Below the pieces are notes generated by a model. The model saw nothing but the letters and a program-made list of their open reading frames with translations. It did no database searches and was not told the DNA's origin. This document shows, in pieces, positions 27,501 through 39,500 of a DNA stretch of 64,000 bases (position 1 is the stretch's first letter; every line of letters starts with the position of its first letter). The translations under genes were made by a program, and so were the position numbers. Location of the stretch: positions 620,001 to 684,000 of the forward strand of contig NW_020847747.1 of NCBI RefSeq assembly GCF_003704095.1, in the 5' to 3' direction. The stretch is from Pocillopora damicornis. Taxonomy: Eukaryota.

Positions 27501-30500
27501 ACAGTATTGGCCAGGTAGACACGATTGACAATCAGATATATTTTTATTGAAAGTAGAATTGGAATATGTTCCTTCAGGACATTTTTCTGGATCGTAAGTT
27601 CCACCAGGGCAATAATGGCCTTTGGGACAAATTCCGCCAGTGATATTATCAGTAGGATCTGCAACTTTAGCCCCCTGGAGGCAGAAATAGCCTGCATCAC
27701 AGAGGCCAGTGACTTTGGATAGTTCAGCTTCCTCACAATAATTTCCTGAGATAAAATGGATTTGATAATCATAAACCCGTTTACTATTTGAGTGATGGGC
27801 TCCATGGCGCCAACCTAATTATTCACGACCTCCATTAGGTCGTCTCGTACTCAGTAGGACAAAATGAGATAACATATTGGCAATAGTTTGTGGAACCAGT
27901 TATCAAAACTATATAATGAACAGATTTTCTTACCTCTTGAGCAAGGAGTAGGCTCACGTGACCCATTTGGGCAGAAAAAGCCTGGCTGACAGGCTCCTCC
28001 TGTTGTGGTGTTTGGGCAAAAGCAACCGTCTGTACCATTACAGTATCCAACAACACCAACATCAATTGGTTTATCGGACCAAGCTCCCCGTATGCAGTAC
28101 CAGCCACCTGCACAGTCTCCACTTGGTTCTGCAAGGCCTTCTTTGCCACAAAATTTGCCAGGGAGACATGGTGTGCACCCACTGTCAAGTGAAGAGATTC
28201 AAATATTTGTCGTTTAAAATATTAATTGGTTGCTTTTGTTTTAAATGTTAGAGAATTATTAAAGAACTAAATGAATATTTTTACCGAAAAAATAAAAGCA
28301 ATGAAAACTGTTTGCCTCACACAGTTGAAAGCAAGTGTGACTTGATTAATTCAGCAAGTCACACTTTGATAACGTTCCTACTTTTCAAGTTTTAGTTCCT
28401 CAATAAACAAATCAAATCAAAATATTTAAAAAGTCTGAATTTCTGATTGTTTTAAGTTTGATATGATAACATTTTACATCAATCTCGCGGGCCACGATTC
28501 ACATTCATAGTTTTATATTCTAAGCATTTTTTGGAAATAAAATTGATTAAAACTTTGTTTTTCTTTGTTGGTGTATGTTGCAGTTCATCTACGGCATGGC
28601 AGGCTTCTTCAAACGCCAGTTTGTGTGCTAACGACATAACTTTTCACATGGATAGCCAACTGCCACTGTTGTCAGCAAAATACAATGTTTTGCACAGAGG
28701 TTTTAATGGAAGGTGCGTTAAACATTTAATGTATTATGTGGTAACCTGATGCTTTGTTGCATAGTTTCATTATTGAAGAAACCTTTGGGGCATGGATTTT
28801 CATGGGATGTCTTCGTTCCTGGAGGACAGTAAAATCCTTTTGGGCATTCCAAGACGCATGATGTTGAGTTGGATGGACAATAGAAACCTGCACAGCACTG
28901 GGTACAGTTGGACTGGCCAGTACGATCATTGTAAGTTCCAGCCTCACAGCCTAATGGGTACGAAGTTCCTTGCGGGCAATAGTGGCCAACAGGGCATGGA
29001 CCACCCGAATATGTCACATTTGGTGGATTAGGAATTTCGGATCCCTTCAGACAAAAGAATCCAGGATCACATGGCCCAGAAACATTCCTGGCACCAAGCT
29101 GTCCACAATAGTTACCTTCTGTACAGTTTTGACACTCACTTTCTCTTTTTAGGAACTTTACGTTAGAGTAAGTGCCCTTTGGACACTTTTGTGGTTCTCC
29201 TGTACCAACAGGACAGTAGAGGCCCTCAGGACACGGTCCTGAATCCTGATTTGAACTTGGTGTTGCAGACTCTGCATTTCGACGGCAGAAGTAGCCAGCC
29301 TCACACTCTCCACTCACACTTGTAGCATTCTCATGAGCACAGAATTTTCCAGAATCACAAGGACGGCAACCTGAAATGAATTGATAAATCAAATCTTTAT
29401 TTACTACCTCTTCTAAGATAAACTTCGTGACAACATTTTCAAGGGCGATTAGCTAGCAAACTAGTTTCCTAATACTGAGAAAAAAACAGCCAAGTATTTA
29501 AGGGGGAACACAATAAGGTTGATTATAAGAGTATCGATAAAGTAAGGTAGAAAAACGCCTGGGTGAGGAAAAGGAAGTTATTTTTGTTATCGAACAGAAT
29601 TTATAAAATGTTTTAAACAGAGGGATACTTACTGCTTATGTTAGCCAGGCCGGGTGAGTCACCATATGACCCTTTTGGACAGGGTTGCCAATTAAAACCT
29701 GTTCTCACAGGGCAGTAAAATCCTTGGGGGCATGGTTTGGGGTCCTGACTTTTGTCATCCACACAATAAAACCCAGCAGGACAGTCCAAACAGGCATCAG
29801 CAAGAGGATCTTTCATATACGTGCCATCCTAATGAATTTAGGAAAAAAGAGAACAAGAAATATATCTGCAAATTGGAGTTCCCATTTGAATGGAGCATAT
29901 AACTGAAATAAATATTCATGCTAGTAAATTTATGGTCAAGTGCCACGTAACTATTGCTATAAGAAACATTCAATGCATTAGTGCTGCAATTACAAGGAAG
30001 AGATAAGTTTTCCAACTTCTGCATACGAGAATGCTAAATTACCTCACAAGGAATAGGCGCCGGTGTTTTTCCAGGACAATAGTGCCCTGGAGTACAGTTC
30101 CCTCCAGTGTTACCATCCTGTGGTGCTGGATGCTCTGCTTTACCACTACAGTAATAGCGAGGCCAACAGTCACCACTGGGAGCTGTGAGAGCAGTTCCAT
30201 TACAAAACATACCGGGTGTACAATCAGTACAGCTATCAATAATGGTTAATCCTAATGAATTGGAAAATGTTCCAGACGGACAACTCTCAGGTGCCACCGT
30301 GCCACTGACGCAATAGTGACCTTCAGGACACTCCTCACCAGTGTCTCCATCAGTCGGGGTGGGAGTGAATGCACCAAGTCTGCAATAGTAACCTTCCTGA
30401 CATTCTCCTGTGAAAGTAGGAGACGAGCCTACACACATGAAAAAAAGAGTTGGTTTCCAATCATATTATAAGAATAAAAGTTCCTTGAACTTTTTCCTTA

Positions 30501-33500
30501 AAATCATTCACGATAACTCTCGGCGACTGTGCAAGCTAACATGAACATTATATCGATTTAGAAAGCATCATAAAGCCACAAAGATCAAAGAATATTACTA
30601 AGGATATGGACGACAAAAGTTTCATTGTTAACATTATATAATTACCTGCATGGTTTAAAACTAACTAAGAGTGGTTTACATTTATCGAAATCAAAATATG
30701 TTAACCTCTTTTTACAATAAAAAGAGTTAATGAGAGACCACTTACCATAGCAAAATCGTCCAGGGGGACATTTCACACACTGATCTGGATGAAAAAGCTG
30801 GGTTCCATTTCCATGTGTTCCATTTGGACAACCAAACTCTGTAGCATACCTTGTTCCATTAGGGCAATAAAACCCATTAGGACAAATATAACTTGTGAAC
30901 TCACTCAAATCATCCTTGGTGTCACAGTAATAGCCAGCCGGACAAAGTTTACAAGAGTCCTGTTGTGTTTGATCCTGGTAAGTCCCAGAATGACATTTGA
31001 CAGGTTCTGGACTCCCTTCAGGACAAAAATGTCCCTTTGCACACGACTTTTCCTTGTCTCGTCTTTCACCAGGAGGACAGAAATACTTTGCAGAGCAAAG
31101 TGCAGTTGGTTGAATTAATCCTTCAGTTTCGCAGTATGATCCTTCCGTACATAGGGAACAGTTATTCTCATTGCTATTACCAGTATTATTTGAAAATGTA
31201 CCTTGAGGACATAGCCTTGGAGTTTCAGTACCCCTTGGACAATACTTTCCTGCTGGACAAATGTTTCCAGTTGTTCCATCAGAAGGCCTTGGGATCTTTG
31301 CACCACTTGTACAAAACCAACCAGGATCACACTGTGCAGTGACATCTTCCTTTCCTTTACCTTCACAATAAAACCCTCCAGTGCAGGGAGTAGGTTCATC
31401 AGATCCTTCAGGGCAGAAAAAGCCCTCTTGACATTTTCCTCCAGTAGAATTTGCAGGGCAGAGACAATCACCAGATGTAAAGTTGTCATAATCTTGGGGT
31501 TTGTCTGTCCAAGCAGCATTGACACAGAAATAACCCGCAGCACATGGTCCAGTAGGTTCAGAGAGCCCAGATCTGTTGCAGTACTTCCCTCCAGGACAAG
31601 CTCTGCAGTCTGCCAGGCTGACACTATGAGTGGCACCATTATAGTAGCCCTTGGGACAAGGGTATTGAGTTGCATACTCAGTTCCATTTGGGCAAAAATG
31701 GCCCTTTGGACAAGGGAAAGGGTTAAAGTCAGTTGAGTTTTCTGGACAAAAATATCCAGCAGGACAAGTGAAGCAAGCTGCTTCTCCTTCATTTGGATTG
31801 TATGTTCCACGCCTGCAGCCCAGTGGAAATGCTGTACCAAGCTTGCAAAAGTGACCCTTTAAACATGGTCCCCCTATGGCGGATACATTTGCAGGTGTTG
31901 CTGTATCTGAGCCTCTTCTGCAGTAAAAGCCTGGAGCACATTGCCCTGCAAAATAAAAAAAGCACAATTTGTGTTACGGAACTAAATTATGCAACAATGA
32001 AGTATGTGGTTACAATAGACAAGTATCACAGGGTACCTTAGCTGGTCTTCAAGGGTTGAACCAGGTCAAGCATTCTCAAATGATTACATTTATCAATTGA
32101 TCATTCATATTGTGAATTTTTTTTCTGTTGTAAATTGGAATCGAATATAATCCAGTGTTCCTGTAATTATGATCAAGCATCACACATGCAGAAATGCTGA
32201 ATATAATTGGATCATGCCAACTACCACACACAAAGAGCAAATAATTGTTCCATTAAAGGAAAATGTACAGAATCCACCTGACCTGGTTTTAATAAAAACA
32301 ATCTTTCAAAAGATGCTAAAACTAATCTAAGCTGAACCTGAAATCTCAAGGAAATGTCACAAACTTTAGGAGAGAAATTATCATCTCACCTGTTGGCTCA
32401 GTCAGGTTTGTTTGCTCACAGTAATGGCCATCAGAGCACAGAGTACAGTTACTAGCACTCTGCAGCTGCGACACATTTGAAAATGTACCACTTGGACAAC
32501 CAAGAGGTTCAGGGCTTGCCTCAGGACAGTAAGCACCAGGTGGACAAACACCACCTATTCCTGTAAAGTTCTGACTTGGGCGTGGTGTGTTGACACCTTG
32601 CACACAATAAAACCCTGGATCACAGTTTCCAGATATGTCACTTGGAAATGAAACAACACCTGCTCCACTGCAGTACTTGCCAGGCAGACAAGGTTCACAT
32701 TCACTTTCACGAGCAAGACTCAACTTCAGGACAAAAAAGAATACATCAGTTTAGGAGAGTGAATGAAAAGTCACAACTTGAACAGACGTTTAACATGTAT
32801 AATCTGCATGTAGGTAGTCCAAATAAACTCATGTGTCAAGTTATTTTCACTTTTACCCCAACTCATTAAACATACTTGTGGATTGTAAGTTCCAGCTGGA
32901 CACTTTTCTGGTGATTTTCCTGTACCAGCAGGGCAGTAATGACCTCTGGGACAAGGTATTGGGGTTTTACTGTCACCTTCACCACCCTCACAATGGAAGC
33001 GTACTGGACATGTTAAACAGGCAGCAAGACCAGTTATGTTGCTGTGAAAGTAACAAATATAAAAAAGTGTGTAAACCTATGTAATAATGAGGTTTGCACA
33101 TGAGAAAAAAGTATCTGCCTCCAGACACTTTCATGCATTTGTCACTAGTCCATTGTTGGCTACTTAAAAAAGGAAAACAAAACAAAAAATAGAATTTTAT
33201 GCATAACTGGGACACAAACTTTAGCTGAAAAAAGAAAACATAATAGACTCATTCACATCACAGAATATTCTTGTGTGAAATATAACAGTATTACCTTTCT
33301 TATGCTTTCCATACCTTAACACTTCCTTTGGTTTAACTTTTAAAACATGCAAAATAATTCTTAAAAGCTGTGAGAAGATGTTTGTCCTCTCCTAACAAGC
33401 TTGGTTTGATGGGCAGACTGTACAACCAAGTAGCAATGGCACAAGAGGAAATATATATATTAATGGACTAGTCACCTGTAGGTTCCAGGTTCACATTCAG

Positions 33501-36500
33501 TAAAGTTGGCTGTACCATTTGGACATTGAAAGCCTGCAGGACATATATTTCCAGTCACACCATCAAGAGGCATAGGGGTCGTAGCCCCTCTTAAACAGTA
33601 CCAACCAGGGCGGCAGACTCCGTTTGGTTCTCTCAAACCTTCTCCAGTACAGGATCTTCCAGGGTCACAGGGAATGCACTGCTCCTCTCTCTCAAGTCCA
33701 GGGGTGTTACTGTAAGTTCCATTTGGACATGGATATTCAAATGGTCTTTTTGTCCCAACTGGACAGTAGTATCCACGAGGACAGATGCCTCCATATGTAA
33801 TATTTGAAAGGGAACCATTATTCTGCAAAAGAAAATTATGGTTTGAAATGCCTTTTAAATCAATCAATATCACTTTTAAAGAAAGCAAAAGTTTCTTCAT
33901 AAAAGGGGGGATACAAAGGTAGAATCTCAATCCACTTACTGGGGTTGGACTTGGGGAACCTTCTTTACAAAAATATCCAGCATAGCATTTCCCTTCAGTG
34001 GCATTTAGACCTGCCTTTCTGCAATAAAATCCTGCATCACAGAGCTGGCAAAACTCAATTGAGGGTTTTGCAGAACTGGGATTATAAGTGCCCTGAGAAA
34101 ACAAATTAGTTAAAATAGTCAGATTACATTTAATGCCACAAAATCTTATATTAAGTTATTGCAACTTTACATTATAAAATATTCCCTTAGAAAGTGAATA
34201 AAATATCTTAACATCTTAGTAACAATGCAAAACTGGAAAAAGATAAAGTTTCCTATCTTTCAAAGGCATACAAAGTTTATAATCCTTGCAACTTTTAAAC
34301 ATGCAACTTTGATAGGACTACCTTTGTTACATTTCTTTACTTACAGGTGGACAGGCTGTTGGTTTTATGCTGTTTGGAGGACAATAATGCCCAGTTATAC
34401 AAGGCTTTGGAAATTCTAGCCCCATTTCATCACAAAAGTTCTTCTCTGTGCAATTAGTACATTTCTCTGCTCGATCTGTCTCCTGGTAAGTTCCAACTGG
34501 ACACTCTCGTGGAAAAACAGCAGCCTCCTCTGAGAAGTGACCTTTGGGTGTGACATTTTGGGTTGGTACAGATGCCCCCCCTGTGCAGTAATGGCCTGGT
34601 GAGCATGGTCCAGTTGGTTCAGGGTTAGTATCACCTGCACAGTAGTACCTGAATACAAGGCAAAGTATAAGCAAGGTGACTTAAGCTTGCTGGATATTCA
34701 GTTAGGTGCCAGCTGACAATATCACAAATAATTTATTTCATATGTTGCTTTCCATGCTTGAATAAACAGAACAGTAATGCACTTATAGCCATTAGTTTAA
34801 GAGATAGGTTTGCTTTCCAATGGTGCAAGGGGGCATTTGGAGTTTTTAATGTACATGGATGTCTAAGTCTCTGAACCTTCCCCTCAGCAAAAATGATAGC
34901 TATGTTATGTTGAAATACTCGCAGATCAAGATGATTCCAAACTAGTTAAATTGTAATTTTTTTTTGTATAACAACTATGGTAATGTACCTGGAACAAAGA
35001 AGAAAACAAATCAGACTGTATATAGGATCATTTTTGTCGGAATTTCATTTTAATTTACAACATCTTCCTGACAGGTCAAGTGGAGTCATTGTTTTAAATT
35101 TGTTGTACTAAGTTATAGTTATATCATATGCACATCATGAAATGTTTCCAAGCCTGTTCAGGTGCATAATATTAAGAAACACAAAACATCTTGAAAATAA
35201 TTTTTTTGGTTGCCATACCCAGGGTCACATGTAACACAGTCATCTGGTTCTTTATTTCCTTTGGTTCCACTGTACTTCCCTACAGGGCAAGGCTCTGGAG
35301 TTTTGGCACCTTGTGGACAATAACCCCCTTTGGGACAGAGCCCTCCTGTAGGACTTCCTTCAGGTGGTGCCTGATAAATAGAAAAAAACATTTTCACAAA
35401 GGCAGTGAAGAATTACAGCAACTTGACATTAACTTCACAACATCTCCCATCCCTTAATTCAAAACAACCAGACAAGTCTCTCTTATTAATACTTACAGAA
35501 GTGCAAGCTCTTCCACTGCAATAGAAGCCTGCATCACAAGGTCCAGTTGGTTCTTTAAGTCCATAGCCAGCACAGTACTGACCTGCTGGGCAAGGTGTGC
35601 ATTCGTCACTTTTTTTAACACCAGTGGAGTTACCATAGTAACCACAGGGGCATGGAGAAGGAATGGTAGTTCCAGTAGGACAGAAGAAGCCCTGAAATAA
35701 ATCAAGGGAATAATTATTTAGTATCCATATTATACTACTTATTTCTCAACACACTGGACAGCAAGGTTATGTATCAGCACATCTCAGTCACTCAGGTGAT
35801 ATTCTGTTAGCCATGTATATGATTTTCAGTGAAACTTAGACAAAACAAACAGCTATCTAGCTTTAATAGTGCTTAAGGAACACTCTGGCATCATTGCTTT
35901 AGCTTGTATGATACAAATAAAGAGCACATGGGTTGAATGTGAAAACCAGCTTTTGAAGCCATCTTAACCCTTTAACTCCCATAAGTGACCAAGACAGAAT
36001 TTCTCCTTACAGTATCAACACAATATCAAGCAGACAAGTGGTGAGAATAAAGAAATATATCAATTTGGGGATAATTAGTTGATCCAATACTAAATTCTCT
36101 GAACTAACATTATAAGAACTGTATAGTTGACAGTAAGGAGAATGACAAATTTGATCCGGGTGTTAAAGGGTTAAGGTTGTGACTTACTTCTGGACAAACT
36201 TTTGGATCTGCCAAGCCAAGAACATCACAAAAATGTCCAGAGAAACACACACTGCAGTCCTGCACAGACACTGCTGCAGACAGTTTGCGGTAGAATCCAA
36301 CAGGACAGGGATTAGAAAATCTGTATCCTGTTCCCTCTGGACAGTAGTAACCTGGAGGACACACATCAGCCTGAAAAAGGAAAGTTAAGGTAGATGAGCG
36401 GTAAAGTTTAGATTCAACTCATATCTGGTGCAACATAGGTATTTCTTAAATCAAAACAAGATGTCACACGTAGCACAGGTATGCAATTTGGTTATAGCTG

Positions 36501-39500
36501 GAACATGCTCATGTTGTTTGTTATCAGTCCATTATGGTCTATTACATCACAACATCACTAAAATGTTTTGACAAAAAGTAAAATGAAGACATTATGTCTA
36601 ACCACAAATAAGTACCTCATTTTTCAGGCCTTCTGGTTCACAGTAGTAACCCTCTGTGCACTTAAGACATTCACTGACAAGTTTGCGACCTTCATGGGGA
36701 TTAAATGTTCCATTTGGACACTTGATAGGGTAAGGATTCTATTTTAAAGTAAATAAATCATTTCATCATCATCATCATTTCATTTCATTAATTAGCCACT
36801 TAAGATATAATTATATTTATACTGGTTAAGCAGTATGATTGCAGGAGGAGACCTCTAACAAACCACCAGGCTTATGGGGGAGATCACCTTGGTTGTCAAT
36901 ATGTTTGTAACTAAGTTGTGGATGTGTGGTTTGGCTGATTCAGACTCATTTCATAAAGAATTCAATCATCTTTTTTAAGTAAATAAGCTCATCAAAGATA
37001 GTCATGATTGCTAAGTGTTCTTTGGACAAAGACTTTAAACAAAAGAATTTAGTACCAGGTTGCTGCCTCTTATCATGTTTCAGGGAAAACTGACAGAGCA
37101 ACTTGAAAGGAATTACTTACACAGGTCCAGACCAGACATTAATTGTACACTAGTAACATAAACGAGATTTAATGTGACTTAATGAGACACAGTATGTAGA
37201 TTGAAAAAACAAACAAACAAGCAAAATAAATTTGTGTTCCTACTGATAATATTTCCAATACAGCTTATGAATTACTGGTTAATGCCTTGTATCACCTAGA
37301 TGTTTGCTCAGTAAATTCTTATTTTTTGATTGCAAATGGGTATAAAAATGTTAAATTGAAACATTACCTCATCTCCCCTAAGGCAGTAATGTCCTTTCCA
37401 ACAAGCATAAGTACTGTCATGAAGGTCTGGTTTTTCCACTGTGCCTGGAGGACAATGTGTCCCAGCAGGGCAAATTTTGCTACCTATCATTTCTGCCTTG
37501 CTTGTAGTTCTGCTGTCACAATAGTGGCCTGCCTCACATTTTGTACATTCAGATGCACCAGGACCCTGGGGTAGAAATATCATTACCACACCAAGTTTAA
37601 ACAAAGGCTTCATTGCTCAATTAGGCTATCACCTTGAATTTACTCTGTTTAATTACAACACAACAAAGTTTCTACAGTGCATGAAAAACAGACCGTTTAA
37701 TTCATTGGCAAAAATTTATTACAACTTGCAAGAGTTATGTACAAATGCAGTAAGAACATTGGGTTAATCTTACCGAGTAATTTCCTACTTCACATGCAGT
37801 AAGTTCATAATTTGCCAAATTTGGGCAGTAGTATCCAGGAACACACTGTTTGCAACCATCAAGCTGGTTCTGCAGATATGAAGCAAAGAAGTAAAACAGA
37901 TGAAAGGAGAAGAACCAAAGACTTACAATACTTTTCCAAACAAGACCTTTTCATAAGTTCTTCTATTTTAATGATGTTACGACATCCACAGTAGTATTGA
38001 TCTACAATTTATTTTAACAAACCATGAAATATATATATATAAGATAAGTTTTTTTCGGTACCTTTGCTGATAGAACATCGTTAAATGTGCCTCGTGGGCA
38101 TTGTTTGGGATTTGTGGTTCCTTGTGGACAGTAGTGACCAGTTATACAAGGAACACAATCTTCTTTTCTTTCCAGACCTGTTCTGTTGTTGTATGTTCCA
38201 GCAGGGCAGGGAAATTCTGTACCTCTTTTAGTACCTTGAGAGGGAGTAAAAATCATTTAAAACTTTCAAGAAAAATTGATAACAAGCTATCAATTGTTTT
38301 CAGTATGAATATTAATGGTGTTGATCAGTATAAACACTTAGTGACAATAACTTTAAAAATCTATGGGAACAAATAATTGACTCTCACAGAGTGAAAGTTC
38401 TAAATAGTTTTGTGCTAAAAGACACCATTTAGAGTGATGGTAATTAACTAACAGAAAAGCACCATGAGGCAAAAAACATTGATTATGTCTTACATACCTG
38501 GTGGACAGTAGTGTCCAGTGAAACATAGATCTGTGGGTTTGGTAGAACCTCTGAGACAGAAATGACCTTTTGGACACACATAACACTCCTCTTGTGACTT
38601 CAAGTTGGTAAGGTTTGTCCATGTTCCCTCTTCACATGGGAACTGAGTGGGACTCATGGTGCCAAGGGGACAGTAATGCCCTACAAGATTAAATTACAGA
38701 TGAAACTTTGTTTGAAGGTTGTATTCTTCAAAATATTGATTTCACAGACCATTACCCTGGCTAACAAATACATAGACAAACTTCAAACTGCAAACTCTCT
38801 CACTTAAAAACTCTGGCAGTATCTTTGGTACTAGTAGCAGATATCTACTCTGACTCCATTGCTACTTTTATTATTCCCACAGTGTGGAAAGATCTCCATT
38901 AAGAGAGTTGGCCTACGCACAATTTTAACCATGCAATACTCCATACCTTTGGCACATTCCTGAGGTTGTTTTTGTATCCCTCCTGTTCCTGCCTCACATG
39001 ATTGTCTTTCTGGACATTGGGTGCATTCTCTAGCATGCGTCAAGTTGTGATAGTCAGTATAAGTCCCTGCTGGACAAGCATGGATGGTCTCATTTGGAAG
39101 TGAGGACCCAGCAGGGCAGTAATAACCTGCATCACACTTCACAGGTGGCCAAGTTAGCCCAGGCTGGGGGCAGGCCATTCCTGATATACACGAGCGGCAC
39201 TCTGCTAATGAACCTCTGCTGGACAGGGAATTAAATGTACCCTTGGGGCAGGCAACGGGTTCTCGTGCCCCTTCTAAACAGTAGTAACCTGGTGGGCAAT
39301 CCTTGCAGTCTAATTGGCCTATGAAAGTGGAAACATTGAACATTGCTGTGAGTGTGAACATTTCATTTCTTGGCACAATGTTAATACAACAAATTAAAAG
39401 GAATAAAAAACTGTTTATTATATAAACTATGGTGTTATACTAGGATTTCCAGCCCTAGGAAAAGTTGTAACAACACAGGTAAAAAAATAGCATATTTATT

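Noticed and set aside
36760-36890. Possible LINE 3' end with microsatellite tail (similar hint at about 42590-42930)
   Set aside because: Only a vague resemblance, and I could read no convincing reverse-transcriptase residues. Needs a RepeatMasker search.
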